A stretch of DNA of 64,000 bases from Saprospiraceae bacterium (GTDB lineage: Bacteria > Bacteroidota > Bacteroidia > Chitinophagales > Saprospiraceae), in the NCBI GenBank assembly GCA_031424115.1, contig JANPGW010000172.1:2561-66560 (forward strand). The letters run 5' to 3'. Below, one piece after another: positions 28,407 through 37,199 of this stretch. Both the position numbers and the translations under genes were made by a program. The notes beneath the pieces were generated by a model. The model was given only the letters and a program-made list of their open reading frames with translations. It did no database searches and was not told the origin of the DNA. Each line of letters starts with the position of its first letter. Within the stretch, counting starts at the first letter, position 1.

Positions 28407-29411
28407 TTATTTCAATTCAAAATCGCTCTTACCGGCAAGGTATCCTTTGTTATACACTTCAATAAGGTATTTACCTTTGACGAGTGTAGCATTACCTTTT
28501 GAATCCCAGTTCAAGCAAACATTTTGCATATCGTTTTTGAAATCCGCTTTAGAAGTAGTTGTATATTGAACTTCTCTACCATCGTTGAGTTTCAATACAC
28601 CACCACCACCTGAAGTAGAAGCAATAGCAACACCCGTAGGGTCAATAACACGAACATAAAAAGTTTCGCTACCGGCATAAATCACTCGGTTTTCAAGAGC
28701 ATCGAAACACCACTTGATGCGATCAATATTCTTAGCTTGTGTTTTTTCTTTTAACTTACCTTTTTCGCTAACAGAATAACCTGTTGTAGAGATGTTAGTG
28801 ATGCGAACCACTGAACCGATTTCAGTCTTTTTAGCCAAAACAGCTTTTTCTTCTTCAATTTTAGCTTTCTCTTGCTCAATGGCAGTTTTCGCAGTCAAAA
28901 CTTGCTCTTTATCAGCCCGTTCTTTCGTGAAATCTTCCTGCAACTTAGTTTTCTCAGTTGTCAAAGTAGCGACATTTTCAGATAAGTTTTTCTTATCTTG
29001 CTCAAGCAGAGCAATTTGATCAACATATTTCTGGACAGTACCTTTCATCATAGACAACTCGCTGCGAGCAGAAACTAAATCTTTTTTCACATTAATAAGA
29101 CCTGAAATTTTGTCTTTTTGAGCAGTCAATTCAGCTTTTTGTTGGTCAATCAAAGAATTGAGTTCGGTATTTTTACCTTTCATTTCTTCTAATTGAGCAA
29201 TAGCATCTTTATACTGCTGATCGAGCTGTGCGTTAAGATCTTCTTCTTTTTTCAACTCAACTTGAGTGGTCGTCAAATCAGATTTTTTGCTGTTCAAACC
29301 TACAAAAGTTGCAATGTTTGTTCCGACGAGGGCCACGATAGCGGCGATTGCCCAAGGCAATAATTTTTTGGCTCTGTTATCACCTGAGCCATTAGAATAG
29401 TTCGTACTCAT
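28407..29411 (-). CDS. Membrane-anchored coiled-coil protein, function unknown
   Basis: N-terminal TM helix, about 170 aa of heptad-like K/E/Q/L-rich sequence, then a beta-rich C-terminal domain. Confidence 0.5.
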   Translation of the reverse strand: MSTNYSNGSGDNRAKKLLPWAIAAIVALVGTNIATFVGLNSKKSDLTTTQVELKKEEDLNAQLDQQYKDAIAQLEEMKGKNTELNSLIDQQKAELTAQKDKISGLINVKKDLVSARSELSMMKGTVQKYVDQIALLEQDKKNLSENVATLTTEKTKLQEDFTKERADKEQVLTAKTAIEQEKAKIEEEKAVLAKKTEIGSVVRITNISTTGYSVSEKGKLKEKTQAKNIDRIKWCFDALENRVIYAGSETFYVRVIDPTGVAIASTSGGGGVLKLNDGREVQYTTTSKADFKNDMQNVCLNWDSKGNATLVKGKYLIEVYNKGYLAGKSDFELK

Positions 29412-29514
29412 ACTAATTGTTTTTAAAAAAATGGTTCTCGAATAATGTTTTTATCTCTAAATTGTGGACTTCAAAAAATTCAATTCATAAAGGACACAGT
29501 TGCGTCCTTTGACA

Positions 29515-29522
29515 CAAATATA
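29515..29522 (-). promoter_or_regulatory. Candidate -7 box for the coiled-coil gene
   Basis: The minus strand reads TATATTTG, about 100 nt upstream of the ATG at 29411. Confidence 0.25.
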
Positions 29523-29925
29523 AATGGTCTTTTACCTGAATCTTAAGAATGTGTAAAGTTTTATCCGATTAGCAACTTATTTTTTTAGTTTTAGAATACG
29601 ATTAAAGTAAAAGACCGATATTCAAAAAAAGGTCACATGTATTGCGAGATTTAAGAAATGATTATTTTCTCATAGCCTAATTTTTTCTTAACCTTGCATT
29701 TTACTTGCTTGTATTGGCAAGTAAAGACGAATGAAAAACGCAACCTGCTTTTTTTTAGTATTTCAAAACCTGCTTTTTTAAAAACATTTTTTATTTTATA
29801 AAACATAAAACATTGATTTTCAAATACTTTTGAATAAATATTTTTTTTACTAAATTAATTAAATATTTAGCTTTGGGGTATGTATCAATCCTTAAACATC
29901 ATTTTTCATCATTTAAATTAAAATA

Positions 29926-30687
29926 ATGCTCGATTATATTGACATCACTAACATCCTTTTTCTCGATATTGAGACCGTGCCGGGCACCCCTCAGTATAGC
30001 GACCTCGACGAGACTTTTCAAACTCTTTGGAAACATAAGGCTAAATCCATTTTGAAAAAAAACGGCGAAGATGCAACCAATGAAGAAGGTGACGAAACCT
30101 ACAACCGTGCCGGCATTTATGCCGAATTTGGTAAAATTATTTGTATATCTGTCGGTATTTTTCACCGTGACAAGGAAACGATGGGGTGGAAGACTCGACT
30201 AAAGTCTTTTGCAGATGATGATGAAGTTGTCCTATTAAAAGAGTTTTCGGAGATGCTCAATAAAAGATATAACAATCCGAATGTTCATTTCCTTTGTGGA
30301 CACAATATAAAAGAGTTCGACATTCCATACATTTGTCGCCGAATGCTTATTCATCAGCTACCGTACCCTTCACTTTTGGATATATCCGGTAAAAAACCAT
30401 GGGAAACGAAACATCTTTTGGATACGATGGAACTTTGGAAGTTTGGCGATGTGAAGTCCTTCAGTTCCGTCAAGTTGTTAGCGGCAGTGTTTGGTTTCCC
30501 TTCGCCCAAAGATGATATTGATGGCTCGGATGTAGCGCGGGTATATTATGAAGAAAAAGATTTACAGCGCATTGCTCGGTATTGTGAAAAAGACGTGGTA
30601 GCAGTGATGCAACTCATGTTGAAGTTCAAGCGTATGCCTTTAAAATTAACCATTGACGGCATAGTGATTGACGAATCTCATGTCTAA
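29926..30687 (+). CDS. DEDD 3'-5' exonuclease related to the PolB exonuclease domain (RNase H-like fold)
   Basis: FLDIETVP (ExoI-like) and GHNIKEFDIPY (ExoII-like) motifs. Confidence 0.7.
   Translation: MLDYIDITNILFLDIETVPGTPQYSDLDETFQTLWKHKAKSILKKNGEDATNEEGDETYNRAGIYAEFGKIICISVGIFHRDKETMGWKTRLKSFADDDEVVLLKEFSEMLNKRYNNPNVHFLCGHNIKEFDIPYICRRMLIHQLPYPSLLDISGKKPWETKHLLDTMELWKFGDVKSFSSVKLLAAVFGFPSPKDDIDGSDVARVYYEEKDLQRIARYCEKDVVAVMQLMLKFKRMPLKLTIDGIVIDESHV
29987..29997 (-). repeat. ATACTGAGGGG exact copy
   Basis: Inside the exonuclease gene (+). The gene sense reads P-Q-Y. Confidence 0.95.
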
Positions 30688-30714
30688 CGAATCATTTATA
30701 TTAAAAATAAAAAA

Positions 30715-31119
30715 ATGGACAATAATCTTTTAGACAGATTGGATTGGGAGGATGAAGACCACATTGAGGATGAAAATCAGAACCATACTGATAGCGGCGT
30801 CATTATGATAAAAACATTCAATACAGAAGAAGAAGCACAAGTATGTGCCGCGGCTTTAAAGAATGATGGAATTGATGCCCACGTTATCTCGTCTGCTACT
30901 TCAGGCATGACGCCTTTTGCTTATGGCAATATCCGTTTATTTGTCGCTCTGAGTCAAGAAGAGGAGGCACATAAGATTATTCAAAGATTGGAAGCAGAAA
31001 GGGAAGTGTATGATAATCCAAGTGCTTCATCTGTACATATTTTTGTAATAATAGCTATTGGGTTGCTCATCATCAGTATTATTGTTTATTTGGTTCAAGA
31101 GATTTTTAGTAGTTTGTAG
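30715..31119 (+). CDS. DUF2007-like small protein with C-terminal TM helix
   Basis: The beta-alpha-beta segment KTFNTEEEAQVCAAALKNDGIDAHV resembles DUF2007. The tail is hydrophobic. Confidence 0.5.
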   Translation: MDNNLLDRLDWEDEDHIEDENQNHTDSGVIMIKTFNTEEEAQVCAAALKNDGIDAHVISSATSGMTPFAYGNIRLFVALSQEEEAHKIIQRLEAEREVYDNPSASSVHIFVIIAIGLLIISIIVYLVQEIFSSL

Positions 31120-31131
31120 TGAGTTTTCAGT

Positions 31132-31180
31132 GTTTTAGTAGTCAGTAGTCCGCTTTTAAAATCCTTCTGACTACTAAAAC
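31132..31180. repeat. Inverted repeat of the same TAGTCAG family
   Basis: GTTTTAGTAGTCAG (31132..31145) pairs perfectly with CTGACTACTAAAAC (31167..31180). Imperfect extensions run out to about 31117 and 31195. It lies between convergent genes. Confidence 0.75.
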
Positions 31181-31205
31181 TCTGACAACTACTAAATTTC
31201 ATTTA

Positions 31206-33812
31206 CTAAGGCAGATTTTTGCCCAGCGACAACAAATTGGCAAATAAGCGATAAGCTCCCGGTACACCCATCGGTAATTGTCTGAAAAACGAGTAACCCG
31301 TATAAACGAAATACCCTTTATCTACTTTGGCTATCACTAAACCGCCGTCTTCTTTCTTTTCACCTACATCATTGCAACTCAACACTGCTTCATATTTATC
31401 GTCCCATTCGCTCAAAAAGTACAAACCGCGTTCCTGTACCCAACCCTCAAAATCTTTTTGCGTGATTTTGTTCGGCACGTTTAGCACAGAGTGATTGGGC
31501 TTTAAAATTCGGACTTCCGCATCTTCCTCAGTTGTTCTACCCCGTCCGAGTTTGAAAGGATAAGGACCAAACTGAGGCATCAATAAATCACGTCCGTTGG
31601 TATTGTATTGTACAATCAATGTACCGCCGTTTTTCACGTAATCCATTAATTGCTCGTTGTAAAACTTCAGCTTCTCTTTTGTATTATAAGCCCTTATACC
31701 CATTACAATAGCGTCAAAACGGCGCAAACCATCAGATCCCAATGATCGGGATTGAAAATCCTGATCGTTGAGTAAAGTTACTTTATAACCAATTTGCTCT
31801 AAGCAAGTCGGCATATCATCGCCGGCACCCATAAAATAGCCAATATTATTACCACGCTTTTCGATATTTAGTTTTACAACTTTAGCTTCGGCAGGCTGCA
31901 AAACCGTTTGGGTTGGAATATGATCGTACTCAATAAGCCTGACTGATTTGGTCAATACCGGTTGATATTCGACATTGTTATCGCGAACTGCCATTTTCGG
32001 TAGCATGAGTACTTGTGCGGTTAATATAGCTTCGCTTTCGTTGGGTGGTGGCAGAAGTTTGTAGGTCAAAACTTTTTCTTCTCCCTTGAGTTTTAAGTTA
32101 AAATCCAAAGCTTCAGGTTCTATTTTCCATCCTTTTCCCACTTTAGGTTTTAAAATGCCAGCTACATTATCAGCGCCTGCTTTCACTATAAAACTGACGT
32201 CCTTAGATTCATTTTCATGGAAAACATATACTTTTTCAACCAAATTGACGAATACTGAAGGGGTCAATTCGACGGGACGATATACTTCTCCTTTAGCAGG
32301 ATTGCCTGTACGGTAAACAACCGGAATTCGATAAGTCAGGTTTTGGTTGTTAATCATCAATGACACCTCAGCTTCAAGGCTGCGGGGTGTTTCAGGAAGC
32401 CCCCTCAGTATCTGCTCATTGACATTATATAAGCCCAAAGTTGCTGTTTTTTCAAGCCAGTAGGGATTAGTCGTTGCAGCATCTAAATCTATTTGAACAG
32501 TATATTTCAACATTTTTGAAATATTGTTTTTCAAATCTGCATTTATTGTTGTATCCAAAGAGGCGGACCAATTGCCTTTTGAGGCGGATTTTTGTAAAAT
32601 TTTGACATTTTTGAAAATAATCGGGGCATCAGAACGATTAATAACTTCAATTGTGATATCCGCTTTACTGTTTTGCGTCACCGAATATTCTTTTGAACTT
32701 GCTTCTATGTACAAGCCCGCACACCATTGTATCACTTTCTCAATATCCGCCAGTTTTTTATCTTTCCAATTGCTGCTTGGCAACGCTTGAATCATTTTAC
32801 GCGCTTTCAACAAATCATTGATGCTGGCAGCAGGGTTATCCAACTGGAAGTTTTTGAGTATCTCTCCTATCAATTTGCCAATAGGGTCGCCGCCTTCCAA
32901 ACGTGACCACGTTGTATTGATGCCTTCAAAAGGGTCTTTAGTGGGTTTAAATTCACCCTTAGCCACTTTCAAGACCTGTAAATATTCTGGATTTGCTCCG
33001 CGTGAACTGAGCATACCCATGGCTTGGCAACGGTGCATAGAGCGACTTTCGGCGGCTATTTCATCATTGGATTTGCCTTTTGTGGGCAAAAAGACGCCGG
33101 CATCGAAAGTGACAAATTTTTCACGTTCCGCTATTTTTTTGAAAGTGTCCTGATTGCCATAAAACCACCATGTTTGGTTGATGAATAAACGTTTAGGTTG
33201 CCAAGGTTTTACATAAGTCAATTGTTCCGGATATACTGAGGGGTCGTTAGCAATGTCAAATGCTTCATTGCTTAATATCGCAGAGCCCGTGTGGTGTCCA
33301 TGCGTATCGAAAGACGTATCAATTGAAAAGCGATTGATGACAACATCGGGTTGCACTTTTCGCATAGCCCATACTACATCCGATAATACCTCTTTTTTAT
33401 TCCACATTCTGAAAGTTTCAGCAGGACTTTTTGAGAAGCCAAAATCGTTAGCTCGGGTAAACATTTGCTTTCCGCCATCAATTGAACGAGCCATCAAAAG
33501 CTCTTGGGTGCGCAATGCCCCCAGCATTTCCCGCAATTCAGTCCCAATAAGATTTTGACCACCATCTCCTCTTGTAATGGAGAGATAAGTGATATCCATA
33601 TTCCGCGCATTGGCAAAATAGGAAATCATTCGGGTGTTTTCATCATCAGGATGTGCTGCAACATACAGTACAGAACCTAATGTCTGTAATTTCTTCAGAG
33701 CATCATATATGTCCGAAGAGTTTGGTTTTTTAGGAAATCCCTGAGCAAAAGATGCTGAGGGGATACCGAGGAAGAAAATAAATAAGAATAGAATTAAAAC
33801 CGGATATTTCAT
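31206..33812 (-). CDS. Large secreted PIG-L/LmbE family deacetylase
   Basis: Signal peptide and the AHPDDE motif of the PIG-L family near the N-terminus. Length is 868 aa. Confidence 0.75.
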   Translation of the reverse strand: MKYPVLILFLFIFFLGIPSASFAQGFPKKPNSSDIYDALKKLQTLGSVLYVAAHPDDENTRMISYFANARNMDITYLSITRGDGGQNLIGTELREMLGALRTQELLMARSIDGGKQMFTRANDFGFSKSPAETFRMWNKKEVLSDVVWAMRKVQPDVVINRFSIDTSFDTHGHHTGSAILSNEAFDIANDPSVYPEQLTYVKPWQPKRLFINQTWWFYGNQDTFKKIAEREKFVTFDAGVFLPTKGKSNDEIAAESRSMHRCQAMGMLSSRGANPEYLQVLKVAKGEFKPTKDPFEGINTTWSRLEGGDPIGKLIGEILKNFQLDNPAASINDLLKARKMIQALPSSNWKDKKLADIEKVIQWCAGLYIEASSKEYSVTQNSKADITIEVINRSDAPIIFKNVKILQKSASKGNWSASLDTTINADLKNNISKMLKYTVQIDLDAATTNPYWLEKTATLGLYNVNEQILRGLPETPRSLEAEVSLMINNQNLTYRIPVVYRTGNPAKGEVYRPVELTPSVFVNLVEKVYVFHENESKDVSFIVKAGADNVAGILKPKVGKGWKIEPEALDFNLKLKGEEKVLTYKLLPPPNESEAILTAQVLMLPKMAVRDNNVEYQPVLTKSVRLIEYDHIPTQTVLQPAEAKVVKLNIEKRGNNIGYFMGAGDDMPTCLEQIGYKVTLLNDQDFQSRSLGSDGLRRFDAIVMGIRAYNTKEKLKFYNEQLMDYVKNGGTLIVQYNTNGRDLLMPQFGPYPFKLGRGRTTEEDAEVRILKPNHSVLNVPNKITQKDFEGWVQERGLYFLSEWDDKYEAVLSCNDVGEKKEDGGLVIAKVDKGYFVYTGYSFFRQLPMGVPGAYRLFANLLSLGKNLP
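32401..32411 (-). repeat. ATACTGAGGGG exact copy
   Basis: Inside the PIG-L gene. The sense frame reads I-L-R-G. Confidence 0.95.
33233..33243 (+). repeat. ATACTGAGGGG exact copy
   Basis: Inside the PIG-L gene (-). The gene sense reads P-S-V. Confidence 0.95.
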
Positions 33813-33917
33813 TTGTATTAAATTGATTTAAATAATGGTGGTTATTTGTATTGTTTAAAAAACTGGAATAATTGAATCGAGTAGAGCACAACTTTTCCGG
33901 ATTTTCCAGATAATAAC

Positions 33918-34532
33918 TCAATGGCTTTTCGCAAACATTTTTTCTCCGGCTTCAATTTTAACTTTTAAGTGATTTTCAAACGGCGGTATGGGGCAGTTGA
34001 AGCCATCACTATAAGCACAATAAGGGTTATAACATCTGTTAAAATCCAGATAAACCGAATCTCCTTTAAATTCGCCCAATCGCAACTCCAAATATCTTCC
34101 GCCACCGTAAGTGTCACCGCCGTTACTTGAATCCTTAAATGGAATAAACAGATAATCAACGAAAGCAGGATTGTCTTTCAATATCAGATTTTTATAAACG
34201 CTTAATTCCAAGTTTTGACCCTTGAGATTAAACGATAAAATACCGTATTTGATATAGGGACGTTGCAAACCACTGTAAGTCGGCATTTTGAACTCTTGGG
34301 CATCGGGTGTCAATCGAATGTTTGCTTCTACCCGATAAGTTGAATCCGGTTCATAAAAACGGAGATATGTCAAATCTTCTTCTTTGAGCAACGATTTTGA
34401 ACCATTCAGAAATTTATCCCTATAATGGGTTCTATACTCCTCAATATTTTCTTTGAAACTTTGAGCTTTTGATACTGAGGGGGTGAATAAGAGTGTGACT
34501 ATAATTGACAATAAAAAAGATATATATTTCAT
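33918..34532 (-). CDS. DUF1684 domain protein, secreted
   Basis: Signal peptide and a C-terminal YNPYCAYS...FNCPIPP...N pattern typical of DUF1684. Confidence 0.7.
   Translation of the reverse strand: MKYISFLLSIIVTLLFTPSVSKAQSFKENIEEYRTHYRDKFLNGSKSLLKEEDLTYLRFYEPDSTYRVEANIRLTPDAQEFKMPTYSGLQRPYIKYGILSFNLKGQNLELSVYKNLILKDNPAFVDYLFIPFKDSSNGGDTYGGGRYLELRLGEFKGDSVYLDFNRCYNPYCAYSDGFNCPIPPFENHLKVKIEAGEKMFAKSH
34472..34482 (+). repeat. ATACTGAGGGG exact copy
   Basis: Inside the DUF1684 gene (-). The gene sense reads P-S-V, within the signal-peptide region. Confidence 0.95.
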
Positions 34533-34689
34533 AGGTATAGATATATGGTAAATGATGTGTAATTTTAAGATATTTTGCTAATATAAACAACGACATTTAG
34601 ATTTAAGCACAAAGATAAAAGACATAAAACTTAATAAAATCTTAAATATTTCTCTTTTAATTTTAACCGACTTATTTTACTTTTACAAA

Positions 34690-35622
34690 ATGGTGAGAAA
34701 AAAAGGAAAAAATGAACCTATCCGGTTGCTCAATCGCAACGGCGAATTAAATGTTCAGAAAGATACACTGAATTCTTTTATTGTATATAATCATTTGATA
34801 AGCGTTTCTTGGCAAATGCTGCTTTTTTATGCTTTTGCAGCTTTCCTATTGATTAATCTTATTTTTTCGGGAATGTATTATCTTGCCGGAGGTACACAAT
34901 GTTTGGAGAATATTAGCAGACACAATACTTTTTGGGAAAAACTCATGGATATTTTCTTTTTCAGTACTCAAACATTCACAACGGTGGGTTATGGTCACGT
35001 TTTTCCGAGCTGTTTAGGGGCTAATTTTGTTGCTGCTATCGAATCATTCACCGGTTGGATATTCTTCTCGGTGGTGACCGGTTTGTTTTATGCCAAATTT
35101 ACGCAGCCCCGCATTGAAGTATTATTGAGTAACAAAGCCGTGATAGAATATTTTAAAGAGGGCTTTGGCTTCAAATTTATGTTGGCTAATGAGTATGAAA
35201 ACAAGCTTGTGGATTTAGAAGTGACCCTTGATTTAATAAAATTAGAAATGATTGACGGACGGTATAAAAAACGTTTTTATCAATTGTTCCTTTTCCGAAA
35301 GCGGATTCCTTATTTGTCAGTACCATGGACTGTAGTGCATCCGATTGATGAGGATAGTCCCTTATTTGGCATAACAAAAGAAGATTTTGAAAAGCAACAT
35401 CTTGAATTTTTCATTCAAGTTAAAGCCGTTGATGAAGCACATCGGCAAATCCTGTTCAAAGAGTTTTCATATTTTGGAAAAGAAGAAGTCTTATGGGGTG
35501 AAAAATTTGTGAATATTCAGCGCTATACTGAAACCGGTGGTTTAAAACTAAATATGAAAAGATTTGGCAAAGCTACCCCCCTTGACAATTTTCCCAACCA
35601 ACTAATAAAACCTGGGGAGTGA
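34690..35622 (+). CDS. Inward-rectifier-type (KirBac-like) potassium channel, paralogue 1
   Basis: Two TM helices flank a pore helix with the TTVGYG selectivity filter. A beta-rich cytoplasmic domain follows. Confidence 0.8.
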   Translation: MVRKKGKNEPIRLLNRNGELNVQKDTLNSFIVYNHLISVSWQMLLFYAFAAFLLINLIFSGMYYLAGGTQCLENISRHNTFWEKLMDIFFFSTQTFTTVGYGHVFPSCLGANFVAAIESFTGWIFFSVVTGLFYAKFTQPRIEVLLSNKAVIEYFKEGFGFKFMLANEYENKLVDLEVTLDLIKLEMIDGRYKKRFYQLFLFRKRIPYLSVPWTVVHPIDEDSPLFGITKEDFEKQHLEFFIQVKAVDEAHRQILFKEFSYFGKEEVLWGEKFVNIQRYTETGGLKLNMKRFGKATPLDNFPNQLIKPGE

Positions 35623-35637
35623 TTGTTGGATGGTATT

Positions 35638-35685
35638 GCTGAATTGCTGTATTGTTTTTAACCCGTAACAATACAGCAATTCAGC
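35638..35685. repeat. Perfect 19-bp inverted repeat (TTG-rich family); probable bidirectional terminator
   Basis: GCTGAATTGCTGTATTGTT / AACAATACAGCAATTCAGC with a 10-nt loop, between convergent genes. Confidence 0.85.
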
Positions 35686-35696
35686 ACCACTACCAC

Positions 35697-37061
35697 TCAA
35701 TTTTTCAAATTACTGCCCTCTTTCCGCGTCTTAACTTTTTGAAGAACATAATTTCCCACATCTATACCTTGTTTAATACCATTATCGCAAGCCGGACGAT
35801 AGTGAATACCGGCATACATACGGCTGACGGCTGCCTGCTGAGCCGCCTCATCGAATGATTTGAAAGTGCGAGGCATCATCCCGAATTGAAGTTCCGTGCT
35901 ATCTGTAAAAGCAATATTCTGTCCCAGAAGCGCATTAAGTGTCGTTGCAGCGGCACCTGAAAAAACACTGTGACCACTTGGATATTCAGGAAATGGCGGT
36001 GTGACAATAATGGGTATCCAATCCGGCGCAATATATTTGCTGATATACGTTTCAGGGCGAATGACCTCTGAGCGAAATTTTTCATTCCAGCAGCTGATAC
36101 TGGCGTCGAATTCACTTATCGCTAATTTAGCGTAAATTTCCGCTACCTCATATATATTTTTCTTTTGCTGACGACTTGCATACATAGCTACGTGCAACCA
36201 ATGCCCCGGAGGCGTCACTTTTTTAATAACAAAATTAACGTGTCCTGCGTTACTGGTTGATGCGGGGCTATCATCCCAATATTGTCCGATAGCAATGCGT
36301 TCAGGAGTTGAGTCAGCTACGGTTTGATAGACCTCATGAGCTTCTTTATAAAATCTACTTGTTTTTGAAGAATCAAAAGGCGTCGCCGGAGCCGGCTTAA
36401 ATTGCGCTGCCGAGTCCATAACTAAAGGTCGAATTTTACCCCAATGTGGTTCGAGGGCATCCGCATAATCGGGTGCTGTGGGTCGCCAACGCGCTGGATT
36501 GTTGGGTGTTACGGTATATTTGGGCATGGAGCGGGTTTGGGCATAATTATCTTTTGCCGACCACATAATGATGGCGCTGCCTATCGTATCGCCATAAGCC
36601 AGTGAGCGCTCATAAACGTCTTTCGGAATGCCAATATCTTTAAATTCTTTAAAAATTTTATCTTCAAAAGCAGTAACGCTGTCTTCTGAAAAAATCAGTT
36701 TTTTACCCACTTTCAAATATGCTTTTACACTTGCTAAGGGGAAACAATATTCTTTCCCCGCCTCGGGTTTTGGCATTTGCCCCAATCCATTCAATTGACC
36801 GGAAAGACTCAAATAACCTTCCGTGTTGGGGTTGAGAGCTTCGTAAGCTGCTACGTGGGTGTAAGCGTAAATACGTGATGCAATCATTGGCGGAAATAGG
36901 TCGTGTTTAATAACCGAGGTCAATTGCAACATTGAGCGATGTAAAAATTCAGAATTAGCTGCTTCTTTCTGGAAATTAGGATTTTTCTTTTCGCAACTTA
37001 TCAGCATCAAACTGAAAAAGGAAAAAAATGTAACCGCTTTCAATGAGTTTATTTTATACAT
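35697..37061 (-). CDS. PAP2-superfamily protein, vanadium-haloperoxidase-like
   Basis: Lipoprotein-like signal (LISCEK), then PSGHS and SRMYAGIHYR acid-phosphatase/haloperoxidase motifs. Confidence 0.7.
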   Translation of the reverse strand: MYKINSLKAVTFFSFFSLMLISCEKKNPNFQKEAANSEFLHRSMLQLTSVIKHDLFPPMIASRIYAYTHVAAYEALNPNTEGYLSLSGQLNGLGQMPKPEAGKEYCFPLASVKAYLKVGKKLIFSEDSVTAFEDKIFKEFKDIGIPKDVYERSLAYGDTIGSAIIMWSAKDNYAQTRSMPKYTVTPNNPARWRPTAPDYADALEPHWGKIRPLVMDSAAQFKPAPATPFDSSKTSRFYKEAHEVYQTVADSTPERIAIGQYWDDSPASTSNAGHVNFVIKKVTPPGHWLHVAMYASRQQKKNIYEVAEIYAKLAISEFDASISCWNEKFRSEVIRPETYISKYIAPDWIPIIVTPPFPEYPSGHSVFSGAAATTLNALLGQNIAFTDSTELQFGMMPRTFKSFDEAAQQAAVSRMYAGIHYRPACDNGIKQGIDVGNYVLQKVKTRKEGSNLKN

Positions 37062-37107
37062 TCTTTGAAAATTTATGACAGTTTGTTCGATAGATGAAAT
37101 TCGAGCG

Positions 37108-37115
37108 CAAAGTTA
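37108..37115 (-). promoter_or_regulatory. Candidate -7 box for the PAP2-like gene
   Basis: The minus strand reads TAACTTTG, 46 nt upstream of the ATG at 37061. Confidence 0.35.
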
Positions 37116-37199
37116 AAAAAAAATCTACCTCAAAAGATGATAGTCATCATTAAGAAAGGTTTATTATTTTTACCCCAAAAAATAACCAAGCCAACCATT

